Source: Antedon mediterranea
Taxonomy: Eukaryota > Animalia > Echinodermata
DNA: 64,000 nucleotides
NCBI RefSeq assembly: GCF_964355755.1
Contig: NC_092674.1
Coordinates: forward strand, 25,048,001 to 25,112,000
Direction: 5' to 3'
The notes beneath the pieces are model-generated. The model did no database searches and was not told where the DNA came from. It was given only the letters and a program-made list of their open reading frames with translations. Numbering within the stretch: the stretch's first letter is position 1; every line of letters begins with the position of its first letter. The position numbers and the translations under genes are program-made. Positions 50,401 to 60,628 of the stretch are shown here, one piece after another.

Positions 50401-52868
50401 GATTTGTTTTATTTTTCTACTATATACCAATACCTAAATTTTATTTATTTTTTTTTGAGTAATCATGGAACCTAGATTTTGAGAGATTTATGCTGTGCTC
50501 ATTAGAACATTTGAATTTTGGTTTTTATCAGTTTACAACGTGTTCATTGCTGTTGGTGAACTTGAAACCACAGTTGTCAACTAAGGGTAGAATTTCTTCC
50601 TCGATTTGGATGTGTGAAAAAATAGAGGATGAGGAATGTATTGCCTGTATTAAATTAAATTTGAATTAAACCTGTGTAATAATAATATTATATCAAATCT
50701 TTGTATATTTCTAATCAAATGAATAATATAAAGTATGTTTTTTTTCTTTTTGTAGAGGATGTTGAAAACAACAAGAGTGATTTTTCTGACTCAAAAACAG
50801 CACCAGTTGTTGGCAATGATAGTCGTAAGTATCCATATATGGGCACATCACATTTTTTACAAGCTTTACATTGTGGTAGCTTGAGAAAACACCTTGAATT
50901 GAATGATTTGTTACAACATGACTACTGTATGTTAAGATTTTTTGTTGTTGTTTTTTGTGCCATGTATATTTTTTTTATTCGCATGATAATTGTTTTTGCA
51001 GATTCCATAATGTGGTTGATGGCAAGTCTTTTGTTACTAATTCTAATATTGTTAGTAATTTATGATATCAGGAAAAGAGCCAACAGGTGGGACATTATTA
51101 TTATCATCCAATATCACACCTTCAACATTGACGACATGATCATTATCATCATCTCTAATATCACACCTTCAATATTGAAGACATGATCATTATAATCATC
51201 TCCAATATTACACAGTTAACATTGACATCATAATCATTATCATCTCTCCAATATCACACCTTCAATATTAACATCATGATCATTATCATCATCTCCAATA
51301 TCACACCTTCAACATTGAAGACATGTTGAAGACATGATCATCATCATTTCTCCAATATCACACCTTCAACATTGACAACATAATCATCATCATCATTTCC
51401 AATATCACACCTTCAATATTGATGACGTGATCATTATCATCATCTCCAATATCACACCTTCAACATTGATGACATGATCATTATCATCATCTCCAATATC
51501 ACACCTTCAACATTGAAGACAGGATCATTATCATCATCTCCAATATTACACCTTCAACATTGATGACATGATCATTATCATCATCTCCAATATCACACCT
51601 TCAACATTGATGACATGATCATTATCATCATCTCCAATATCACACCTTCAACATTGACATCATGATCATTATCATCATCTAAAATATTAAACCTTCAACA
51701 TTGAAGACATGATCATTATCATCATCTCCAATATCACACCTTCAACATTGAAGACATGTTGAAGACATGATCATTATCATTTCTCCAATATCACACCTTC
51801 AACATTGACAAAATGATCATTATCATCATCTCCAATATCACACCTTCAATATTGACAACATAATCATTATCATCATTTCCAATATCACACCTTCAATATT
51901 GACGACATGATCATTATCAACATCTCCAATATCACACCTTCAACATTGATGACATGATCATTATCATCATCTCCAATATCACACCTTCAACATTGAAGAC
52001 AGGATCATTATCTTCAACATTGATGACATGATCATTATCATCATCTCCAATATCACACCTTCAACATTGATGACATGTTCATTATCATCATCTCCAATAT
52101 CACACCTTCAACATTGACATCATGATCATTATCATCATCTAAAATATTACACCTTCAACATTGAAGACATGATCATTATCATCATCTCCAATATCACACC
52201 TTCAACATTGAAGACATGTTGAAGACATGATCATTATCATTTCTCCAATATCACACCTTCAACATTGACAAAATGATAATTATCATCATCTCCAATATCA
52301 CACCTTCAATATTGACGACATGATCATTATCATCATCTCCAATATCACACCTTCAACATTGAAGACATGATCATTATCATCATCTCCAATATCACACCTT
52401 CAACATTGACATCATGATCATTATCATCATCTCCAATGTCACACTTTCTACATTGACATCATCATCATTATCATTGTCATCATCGTCAACATAGTCAACT
52501 TCATCAACATGTTCATCAACATCAAAATCATTGGATTGAAAATTTAAATTTGCATGTAAATCAATTTGATGTTTACACAGGAGTAGAATTGTAATTATTT
52601 GTCACAAAATCAAAGAAGATTAATGGACTATTCCCTCATTTGCATAAATCTCAGATCATGATCATTTTGATAATAATTAACATGTACTGTATATGACATA
52701 AACAATTATACATATTTCAGGTTACATTGCAAACCAGTTCGTTTCAACTGTGCAGGCAGGAAAGACAATGAGGGTGAGCTTCAGTTGCTAAGCCATGACG
52801 TCACTAGTCAACAGCACGAGTCGGCGTTACAGGAACAAGACACCAACGACAACTCCTGGCCTGCGTAG
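14310..52868 (+). CDS. Multi-SRCR / CCP type I membrane scavenger receptor (DMBT1/CD163-like domain content): signal peptide, 13 SRCR, 3 sushi, TM, short tail; about 1676 aa
   Basis: Exons: 14310-14457 (signal), 21158-21314 + 23063-23220 (SRCR1), 23619-23930, 24717-25031, 25489-25782, 26280-26594, 27416-27718, 28659-28988, 29553-29582 (linker), 29833-30135, 30590-30622 (linker), 31176-31484, 31884-32174, 32532-32861, 33405-33571 + 34544-34670 (SRCR12), 34991-35296, 35944-36117, 37270-37437, 38282-38440 (CCP1-3), 50756-50824, 51002-51086 (TM), 52721-52868. Domain exons are phase 1-1 with RLxxG..EGRVEV..WGTxCDD..CRQLG..C..C..HxEDAGVxC. The core 21158-38440 is solid; linkage of the first exon and of the TM/tail exons is inferred. 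Confidence 0.85.
15505..16955 (-). mobile_element. 5'-truncated RTE/RTEX-type non-LTR retrotransposon, reverse transcriptase disrupted, in intron 1 of the SRCR gene
   Basis: RT motifs [61 protein letters not shown]. Stop plus frameshift near 16670 and a frameshift near 15730. The ORF ends in a (TAA)n tail at about 15510. Confidence 0.92.
17636..17936. repeat. 35-37-bp minisatellite (TCCATTTTCAATGGGAACGTGTGGGGATATCAGTATA, about 8 copies)
   Basis: Tandem units without unique spacers. Confidence 0.95.
18030..18270 (+). mobile_element. Deu/Nin-like SINE, internally deleted
   Basis: A-box head GAGTGGCCGAGCGGTTAAGAC; central block nearly identical to 7741-7815; (TCAA)-type tail. Confidence 0.7.
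18763..19028. repeat. Tandem duplication of about 131 bp
   Basis: CATGGAATTAGTCCAGTATTAAT... at 18768 and 18899, nearly identical. Confidence 0.9.
20128..20413. repeat. About 57-bp tandem repeat (5 copies) of a Kolobok-like MITE terminus
   Basis: AAAGTCTGATT..AATCTT..GGACAATACATCTTT repeated head to tail. Confidence 0.85.
20706..21118. mobile_element. MITE with inverted termini
   Basis: GGTCCTGTTTCTGCTGCATAA ... TTATGCAGTAGAAACAGATCC; internal repeated TAACCGGT motifs. Confidence 0.6.
21158..35296 (+). CDS. Array of 13 SRCR-domain exons plus two Pro-rich micro-exon linkers
   Basis: Repeated open SRCR frames of 291-330 nt, each with a polypyrimidine-AG acceptor and GT donor in phase 1. Linkers [10 protein letters not shown] (29553-29582) and [11 protein letters not shown] (30590-30622). 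Confidence 0.95.
21556..21657. mobile_element. Short Harbinger-type MITE, TAA TSD
   Basis: taa-AGGCCAATTT..ACAGTAACGGTA ... TACCGTTACTGTAAATTGGCCT-taa. Confidence 0.7.
22413..22710. mobile_element. Kolobok-like MITE family (TTAA TSD); other copies about 8255-8632, 19940-20413 and 24360-24600
   Basis: ttaa-AGATGTATTGTCCCC start and a GGACAATACATCT-ttaa-type end (diverged in this copy); shared interior among copies. Confidence 0.65.
25880..26200 (-). mobile_element. Deu/Nin-like SINE remnant
   Basis: CACCGGGGTAACCCC..TTCTTTAAAGTACAC..CCTTATCCGAGAAGACT is shared with the 43119-43476 copy. Confidence 0.6.
30708..31062 (-). mobile_element. 5S rRNA-derived SINE (SINE3-type), copy 1
   Basis: The reverse complement of 30962-31062 (CACGTTGAAACACTGGTTCTCG..GATCACC..AGTTAAGCAACG..TGGGA..CTGGGATTACCGGGTGCTG) is a diverged 5S rRNA, followed by a non-5S body shared with 35572-35883. 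Confidence 0.8.
33875..34140 (+). mobile_element. tRNA-derived SINE family C (other copies 5040-5225 and 29007-29190)
   Basis: Head GTGGTTATGATGCTTGACTCCC..GGGTTCAAGT; shared body ACTTGTAATAAGACTTTGTTTATGTAGAGCATC; A-rich tail. Confidence 0.7.
35326..35476. mobile_element. MITE family A copy
   Basis: AGCTCTGTCTACACTATCAAACT ... AGTTTGATAGTGTAGATAGAGCT, flanked by TTA and TTA. Confidence 0.85.
35572..35883 (-). mobile_element. 5S rRNA-derived SINE, copy 2 (5'-truncated)
   Basis: Homologous to 30708-31030; carries the 5S internal part GCTTGGATGGGAGACCATCTTGGAATATCAGGTGCTG on the minus strand. Confidence 0.78.
35944..38440 (+). CDS. Three CCP/sushi-domain exons (35944-36117, 37270-37437, 38282-38440)
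   Basis: C-x-x-P..NG/NA..Y-x-C-x-x-GY..C..W..C patterns. CCP3 is absent from the ORF track and reads [53 protein letters not shown]. Confidence 0.92.
37554..37702. mobile_element. PIF/Harbinger-type MITE family A (about 150 bp; 10 or more copies or fragments in the window)
   Basis: TIR AGCTCTGTCTACACTATCAAACT with TAA TSD here, TTA TSD at 35326-35476 and TAA at 3807-3941. Further copies near 3590, 5435-5762, 9595-9800, 17288-17443, 26798-26922, 34262-34362, 41532-41645, 45255 and 50830. Confidence 0.85.
38449..41393 (-). mobile_element. Two nested copies of a roughly 1.47-kb non-autonomous Helentron (HINE/DINE-1-like) element
   Basis: Near-identical 1412-bp-period duplication. Minus-strand architecture: subTIR AGGTTATATGCA plus its inverted copy, (TTTA)n microsatellite, 3' subTIR, hairpin AATTCGTCA-tag-TGACGAATT, CTAGTTT end. 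Inner copy 39861-41339. Confidence 0.8.
42070..44601 (+). mobile_element. Sola2-like DNA transposon, internally deleted, with about 520-bp TIRs and 4-bp TSD CATA
   Basis: TIRs 42070-42589 and 44091-44601 start GGGTCATTCCATCTCAG; CATA flanks both ends. Transposase remnant [33 protein letters not shown] (42760-43120) continues at 43478-43990 after a SINE insertion. Confidence 0.88.
43119..43476 (-). mobile_element. Deu/Nin-like SINE inserted into the Sola2 transposase
   Basis: Minus-strand head TGGCCGAGCGGTTAAGG..GGGTTCGAGGCC (A and B boxes), Deu-like core, A-rich tail; it splits the transposase ORF. Confidence 0.75.
44785..45135. repeat. Diverged tandem duplication of about 190 bp
   Basis: CATATT.CCATTTCAGG..AATGAATTT.AATATAATGTAACCATTGTTCATAA occurs twice. 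Confidence 0.8.
47680..47945 (-). mobile_element. Deu/Nin-like SINE remnant (different subfamily)
   Basis: Minus strand CCTTCAGATGGGACATGAAGTCGTTGGTCC..GCACATTAAAGAACAC..AAGAGTAGGGG..CCCGG. Confidence 0.6.
48717..48995 (+). mobile_element. tRNA-derived SINE with CORE-like domain
   Basis: Head GTGGTGCAG..GGTTCGAATCC, then CCTTAGGCAAGACACTTTAC..CTCTCTCCACCCAGGTGTATAAA. Other copies at 50175-50397 (-) and 3680-3950 (-). Confidence 0.7.
50175..50397 (-). mobile_element. CORE-like tRNA SINE copy
   Basis: Reverse complement of the 48717 copy, with a well-preserved head (TGGCGCAGTGTG..GGTTCGAATCC). Confidence 0.7.
50756..52868 (+). CDS. Stalk, transmembrane and cytoplasmic-tail exons (50756-50824, 51002-51086, 52721-52868)
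   Basis: [22 protein letters not shown] | [28 protein letters not shown] | [49 protein letters not shown]. Hydrophobic run followed by RKR stop-transfer; splice phases are compatible. Confidence 0.8.
51091..52470. repeat. 47-bp minisatellite (ATGATCATTATCATCATCTCCAATATCACACCTTCAACATTGATGAC, about 29 copies)
   Basis: 47-nt period, for example CCTTCAACAT at 51551, 51598 and 51645; fills most of the intron after the TM exon. Confidence 0.95.
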
Positions 52869-54611
52869 CGGTAAAGCTGAATTTCGCAAAGTTGAATTTC
52901 ATGCGTTTTAACAATTTAAATATAGCAGCATCATGTTGATTTTAAATCAGTTATTGTTCTTTCAGATTGCCCACTAATACTTTTTATTTTTAGCTGGGCT
53001 TTTTTATTTATTTGTAGATTGCTGAATCATTCAATAGGGCAAGGCCACATCCATTATTTACCCATCCTACACCTTAACATTGATGTGCCCTAAATATTGC
53101 CTCTTGTTTCACGGGAAAGTCACCCCTTAATAGAGGTGTCCCCCAAATAGGGGTTTATTGTTCAGTTACAGTAAACTTTGAACACAAAATATCATGATCA
53201 TCAGATTGTTGTGAGGCAAGTTGCTATAGTAGGCCTACATACTGTACTATAACCGCACAGATGCTTTAAGATTTTGATTGGCTTCCACACTAACCTTTAC
53301 AACTTTGCTCTTGAGCAGTTGTTCACATGAATGTCCGCCTGACTAACTTAAGGCATCAGACTATTACTATGAAAGAATGGATTCTAATATGCAATTAGTG
53401 TAATTGGAACACATAACAATTAGTATAATTATACGACATAAACAGAGTCAATAATAAATGCAATAGTTACCAGAGGGCAATATTTTTATGCATTATTAAT
53501 TTATTCCTTATGCACTAATTTTACAATATCATGATTAGTAGTTTGCACATGATTGGTTCTAAACTGTGCGTAAACTATGTCAGTATTAGTACAATATAAC
53601 ACAGAAGGTGTTTTGCACGAGCTATACCAACATTTTAAATATTTACTAAATTATTCATAATTCATAATAAGAATACAGTAACTACTAATGCTACAAAATA
53701 TGTATTTCTCATAAAAATGTCCCAAATCAAATTGAATTATTATTTACATAACCGTAATTATGTTTCTGATTTTTATCTTTGATAGTCAGCACAGTCTTCA
53801 GTTGTAAAAAGTAAAGCAAAATTGCTTTAGTAGTAGAATACTCGCCCACGCGCAAACAATCTTAACAAAAGTCACATACATCCTACAAAGCCAAATAATA
53901 TCAGTTCAATCATAGTATGCTTACGCTAGAAAAATATAGTGCCTTAATTTATGGTATACTATATATGATTGGTGATTATATTTTGCGATGTTCAATATGT
54001 TTAACAAACTGCGTAACAGCTCATTCTGTAAAGCCAAGTTATTCCAGTTTATCTATGGTATGCTTACGCTTAAGAAAAATAGTTCCATAAGTTGTGATTT
54101 GAAGGTAGTTGCATTTATTCATGCGTAAGATCTTATATCCATGTATGGCCTTCGTTGTGACAGGTTGCGTCTTTTATGGCTTAATTTCTTCAGAAATTGG
54201 ATATCAAATGAGCAAAAATTTTTTTTTAACACCAACGTGCCTTCCGATGATAAATTCATCTTTATTTTATGACTAATGGATTTCTTTTTGTCATTTTTAA
54301 GCCGGAACATAATTTTATAGAAAACGATATTTTAAAAATATATTAGTTTTTGTGCATTTCAAATTTTTGTAATGAATTTTCATGATGAGTTGAGTGAATG
54401 AAACATCGAATGTTTTTTTTTACGCTGTGATATTTGTGTGTGATTTTATATGTAAAGAAGTTTTTAATAATTACTAATTAGTCAATGACAGATAACCAAA
54501 ATTAAATAATATTATTGGGGAACCTTGCATTTTCTAACCACCCTTAACCTTTTGAAGACGAGGCCCGTATCCCATATGGGGTAATTTACTGTCCCAGGAC
54601 GCAAGGCCCGT

Positions 54612-54960
54612 GTATTCAATTCAATTCAACTTTTATTTCAGCTGTCCATAATGGTATAATACATTACAAAAAAAAAAGATGAAGGAGAAAGGACCTAAAC
54701 TTTTATGTATTGGTATATAATGCCTCTCTCCATTTGTAGTTCATGTTTGAATCCATCAACAAATATTTATATATACAAATTAACATTCTGTTTTCGCTTT
54801 TCATTATTCTTGTAAGAAATCGGAAAGTCGAAATCCTCAAATATTCATAAAATGATGGAATATTGTTTTCCACAAACAAATTGCTCGCACTAACAAATCT
54901 GGGTTGTCCCAACAACCTCCGCAAAGTATCATTATAACAAACTTTAAGTCGGTATATGGG
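54612..54960 (-). mobile_element. 3' end fragment of a non-LTR retrotransposon (clade uncertain)
   Basis: RLKVCYNDTLRRLLGQPRFVSASNLF..RIMKSEN resembles a LINE ORF2 C-terminus; AATAAA plus (TTGAA)n tail on the minus strand. Confidence 0.65.
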
Positions 54961-56431
54961 TTGACTTTTTGGAGTCACGTAATTGCACTTTTTGAGGCTT
55001 TGACCTTTAACCTAGGTAAAAAAAATGCAATTTTTCAGAAGGCCATTTCACATTACAATAAAACCAACAATTGCAGAAAGTTACAGTCATAAAAATGTGT
55101 ATGTGCAATGGGTTTGTATAAGGGCTAACATGTCATCCTAACTATGTGCTGTTACGGGCCCTATGAGGTACAAACTTCATCGCATGTGTTTGATTCATCA
55201 TACTCATGGTGTGACTATTGAAACTGAAATTTCTAATATGTACATTTTTTATATGAAACTAATTATTATTCTATGCAATTACTATGTGTCTTGGTGTATT
55301 TAATTAACATTTTAATACCTTTTTATATAATTAAGTACTGTGCAAGCTTTAAAAGCAAGTTTTATGTCGGAAGTTTCATTAATTTGTTATTACAATTAAA
55401 AAGAGAAAGAAATGAAGTAATAATTTTAAAATGAAAAAGTCGGACTTTACTTATTCTGGGCATTCTTTTTTTTGTATGTTTCACATTAAATTTTGAAAAG
55501 TAGCCACAGATAGGGGTCACTGAGATTCTGTTGTATTATGATTGCTCCCCCCCCCCACCCTATTGTTACATCCCATGTAGGGGAATCAATTTTTTAGTTT
55601 TTTTTAACATTCCAAATATTAAGATATGCACATGTTTTCAGTCCTGCCTGACTCTTATTTTCTGTATTAAATCAAATATCTAAATTTGCATAATTCGAAC
55701 CTTTTTCGTGATGTTTTAAATCATACAATGATGATAAACATTTTGTAGTTCCAGACAATTTACTGTGCCCCATTTTAGAAATGTCATGAATTAAATTAAG
55801 TAAACATTGTTATGAAGACATTTAAATAGATTGTTTTACATAAAATTATTGATTTTATTAGTTGGACTGTCGCTTTAGTAGTGTAATAACCCAATCTGAA
55901 ATGGTACTAAATACTATACGTATAGCTATGATTGTGAGATAGGTTGTTGAATTCGAACCAAAGACCATAAGAATTTTCAGCTTTTAAGATGTTGAGTGAG
56001 ATTAAACACATGTAAAGCAGCGGGTACTGCAACATTTAAAAATATATAATTATATATTTCGTGGAATTGTTCACAAAGAGAACCAAATACTGTGTGATAT
56101 ACGTGAGTTCGAACCCATGCTTATCAGTAGTTTTTTAATAATAAGGGTTTGAGTGAATTAATTTTTATTTATCAATGTAGTATTATTTCATACAGTATTA
56201 TTTTTGTCGTCGCTTAGACCTTGACAATCTAAACTATTAATTATTGATGCGATAACCTTTGTATTAAATATTTATGAGTATTTTTTGTATTTTTAAGTAC
56301 ACTTTTTTAGAACACGCATTGAGTATGAACTGTGGTAAAATATAACTGACTTGTGTAGTGTATTCTATATAGTTAATTCAACAATGAAATGGAAAAAATA
56401 ATATCAATAATATTTGCTACAATTTGTATTA

Positions 56432-56685
56432 CTGTTGACTGGTGACGTCATTTGGTTGATTTCTGTATGAGGGGATAAGTGATTGCTACTGCCTTCGTGT
56501 GAACACGATATTAAAATTAATTTTCAATTATCGTAATGAAACGGGCCTTTATTTCAAATGCTATTGATTGGTGACGTCATTAGGTTGATTTCTGTATGAT
56601 GGGATAAGTGATTGCTATTGCCTTCGTGTGAACACGATATTGAAATTAATTTTCAATTATTATCGTAATGGAAACGAGCCTTTAA
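56432..56685. repeat. Tandem duplication of about 130 bp containing TGACGTCA
   Basis: TGGTGACGTCATT.GGTTGATTTCTGTATGA.GGGATAAGTGATTGCTA occurs twice. Confidence 0.85.
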
Positions 56686-57821
56686 TTCATTTTATTTATA
56701 TTCACACATTATAATCAGTGTATTTGTATAACATACATAATTATTGTATTTTTAAAATTGCTTAGCAATGAATAATGTACTATATTGTTATTTTCTAATT
56801 TACATTAATTAATTAATTGACATGTATTTCTTTACAGGCTAAATATTGTTAATACCAATATGTTTACTTATAGTGGAATATATAAAAATGTATATAGTTA
56901 AAAAATACCATTCCAACCCTAAAGCTTAGTTCCCACTAGGACACAATGCAAGGAGTAAAGTGCATTTGACCAATCAAAATTATGTCGCAAACGGCTTCGA
57001 TTCGCACGAAATTCGAATCGCTTACATTGCGTCTAAGTTCTTGATTTTCGTATCTAGTGGAAACCAGCTTGCTTACTGTTAAATTGCAATATAATTTAGA
57101 CATTTTAGAGAAAAACGTACGGATAACAATAGTTTTAATTAGTTTTATAAATTCCTTTAACTCCCGTTTAGATTTATTAAAATGATATGCAAATTATTCT
57201 GATATTTGATTTGTAGTGATGTCTTGTTGTACTCTTCACCTGCCTGTTTTGCACTAGTCGAATATTCGTGCGAATCGAGCGTTCTGTTTGCACGTATTAG
57301 CAAACGGCTTCGATTCGCTAGAAATTTACCTATTAAAAAATGCGCACAATTTACGATTTATGCGCACAATTTACGTACGCGTACTAAATGCTGCTGATGA
57401 TATTATTATTTTTTTTTAATACCATACAGCTTTTTGGTTGAAATAACGATTTCCCTATTTCACTATGTCAGTTTTTACCTATTAAACTAAGTATTATCTA
57501 AGCAGCAAATGTTACTGCAACGGGGGTTGAATATTTTTAGCCAAAGATAATGTTGAATTTGAATCTCGTTACGATTATTTCTTCCGTAGTTTCGATCGAT
57601 TTTGACAAATTGTTTATTATTTCCTCGAATTGAATTAGTTATTGGACTGCTGTACTAAAATCATGATTTATCGTTTTACTTCGGACTGTGAATTAAAACG
57701 TCAACCTACGACGAATTCTAATCGTCAAGCTATCAACGTCTCACACGTGACTTGTGAAGCAGAGAAAAAGCGCGCCACCATCTTTCCAATCAACTTTTAT
57801 GTAGGCCTTTAGCTGTCTTAA

Positions 57822-57986
57822 AGCTTGGTTCCCACTAGCGACGCAACGTAACGCAATCTACGCAATAAAAGCAAATGCATTTTATAATTGTGTTTGCAGC
57901 ACTGTTTCGTCGTCGGTTCCCACTTGCAATACACCACTTTGCGTCACTACGTCGTCGTTGCGTTGCGTTCTTGTGGGAACCACGCT
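57822..57986. mobile_element. Harbinger-type MITE (related copies about 56924-57070 and 36420-36540)
   Basis: taa-AGCTTGGTTCCCACTAGCGACGCAACG ... CGTTGCGTTCTTGTGGGAACCACGCT-taa. Confidence 0.7.
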
Positions 57987-58479
57987 TAATCAACTTTTAT
58001 GTAGGCCTACCTGTCTTTAGTGATTTTATATGACATTAAGGCGTAAATGTCAAACAAACACACATGACACTTTCAGGGCATTTTACTATGCAACGCTCAA
58101 AATATATTTTAAAATGTATATGTTTGTAATTAATTGGCCTAATATACACACGTACATAAATATTGCAAATGTTGTGTAGCGTAATTTTCGAAAATGTATT
58201 GAAACTGATTATGCAAGTTTATCGGATTATGCAAATTAGGCGTATGAATATATTAGGAAGCAAAGTCCGTGAACTACTTGACTGCTTACCGTATCTGTTT
58301 TCAGTATTTTGAGCTTGTCTCATTCCCGAATTAATTTTCTTATAAACTATACAGTATATAGCGTTCGGTTTTAACGTTTTCTTGTATTGGGAGGCTGTGT
58401 GGCGAGATGGCACCGTACCCCTGTGTTGGGAGACTGCGTGCTATTTTCGTTGACTGAACCCTGTTTTCGGAGACTTACT

Positions 58480-58645
58480 TTTTTAGAATCGTCGTCAAAG
58501 CAAACTCTGATCAGAGAGAGCGTGGCTTCTCTATCAGTATTCTGAAACCATCTCCTGTTTTCTGTTATCCTACTTGCTTGCTCTATAGAGCCAAACATCT
58601 GTCTTCCTCTTCTTCACTTCTCTGGAACGTAAGCCTCCAATGCTA
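58480..58645 (-). mobile_element. RTE-like LINE 3' fragment
   Basis: Minus strand LEAYVPEK*RRGRQ..IEQASRITENRRWF resembles RTE ORF C-termini. Confidence 0.5.
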
Positions 58646-60537
58646 CCGATGAGTGTTGTAAGACCGACGTGTTGTTAAGGAGACTAGAGTACAAACCTCT
58701 ATGACTGAAGCTTCTGATCGAGTTAGTAAAGTCCACATCCGTAGGCCTATATTGAGGCGCGACTGGTGGAAAGTTTGGCATTATTCAAAATGTATTTCAA
58801 ACAATCACACATTTGTGTGAAAGACAAACTGGACAGTATGAAAAAGACTACGTAACACACACACACACACAAGTTGATAGAGAGCAAATTTTATTGAAAT
58901 TGTACTGTTACTCAGTCAGGCACAGCCTACTGAATTTGTTTTCTTAATTACAGACAAACAGCACCATTAAATTCTGTGCCTACACTCTACAAGTGAAGCT
59001 GTTAAAATGCACATGATATAAATATTGTTTAATAATTTATATATAATATTTACTTTTTATTATAAGAATATTACTTCAATATTTTATTGCATTAGATTTC
59101 TTCAAATCAATAAATCGGTAATAAAACGAGTCATGATCGATCACTAAAATACGCTCGGTTTGACGATAAGCGAGTGTTGGGCGTGCAATGGCTTAAGCCG
59201 ACATGGTTGCTTAGAAATACATTTACAGCTTTGTATCTAAAATGAAGACTAGATTATAAAAGGCAGAATATATTATATCAACAACTGTTTATCAGCATTC
59301 ATAAATAAACACACATTTATGCGAGGATTTGATATTTATCTGCAACACGTCAACCAATGCGCCGAGGGCAGAATAAAAGCGACATTACGATTTGTCTGCA
59401 GCGCGTGAATGAGGAGGGGCCGGTTTAGAGTTTTTAATCATTTCTCTGGATATTGTGTAAAATCAATTGGTACAAAATGGATCGTTTCGGGTCATAATGC
59501 GTAATTAGTTGCAGAAAATTGCAAAAAAAAAAAAGTAATGATAATTATCGCTGTGGTAATCTAGAAAAGTGTTACATAGATGGTTAGTTTTTTAAGCATT
59601 ACGATGGGTCTTATTTTTTGACACTTTGAATGCCATCAATTCGTACGCGAACTGTTTACTTAACTCATTCTTATGGATGATTTAATCACAATAACCTAAA
59701 TAATAAAGCATCCAAATAATGAACATACTTAGACCTTTAGCAGTTTAATGTTTAGTTTTCACTTGATACGCAAAGTAACGCGACCAACGCAACGTAAAAA
59801 ATGCCCTTCCAATAATTTAAGGAATATTAACGTAATTTTTAGGGACGAAAACTATAGTACCAACCTAGTAAACTAGTAATATCACAGTTTGTCTGCGTGG
59901 TTATGCGATTAATCCGGGGCTCTCTATTCAATTAGCTGTATCTGACTAACTTTAAAAGAACTCCATTTTCAACTCACATAAGTGGACAATGTATGCAAAT
60001 TAATGCAAATACTCGATGCAAATTTAAACAGCTGATTTTTTGTTTTTTGTGCAGAAATGTGTAACCTTTGATATAAACACACACGTAAAATGCCTCACTC
60101 TTTTTTACCGAAACAGTATATCTGTTTTGTTATAATTAAAATTCTACGCATGGGAGCTAAAGTGTACGTGAAATTCCCACTAGACTAGCATGCTAATTTT
60201 ATCTAGTGTTAATATAATATGAAACATTCTGGATGGAAGATTAACATATACCCAACTACTGGAGTAATAGATTTACGATAACCGTAGCAATGCAGGTATG
60301 TTGAGTATTGTATTTGTCATGCACCAACACGAAAAGCCAGACGCAGACGTATACATACATTTGGCGTACATACAAATGTATTTTTTTAACACTGGAGCGT
60401 TAGCGTTAGGAAGTTTATGCCTACTTATGGTATAACATACCCTTTTCTACATACATATTATATTTTAAAGGATATGTCGAGAACCCTAATTAATCCCTGC
60501 GCTGTTAGTTATTGTCAGTGAGATCACAATGTTGATG

Positions 60538-60628
60538 CGCGGCGTACAAAGGCCTTAACGTTGATCAACATTTGAACGCGTGCGGCGTACAAAGGCCTTA
60601 CCGCCGTTGATCAACATTTGAACGCGCG
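60538..60628. repeat. Short tandem duplication (about 45 bp)
   Basis: GCGGCGTACAAAGGCCTTA..CGTTGATCAACATTTGAACGCG occurs twice. Confidence 0.8.

Noticed and set aside
50701-51186. Single 161-aa multi-TM ORF
   Set aside because: Composite of two real exons, a T-rich intron with a MITE fragment, and satellite sequence.
52775-52800. Canonical dileucine sorting signal in the tail (EGELQLL)
   Set aside because: Spacing matches neither [DE]xxxL[LI] nor DxxLL exactly; only a loose resemblance.
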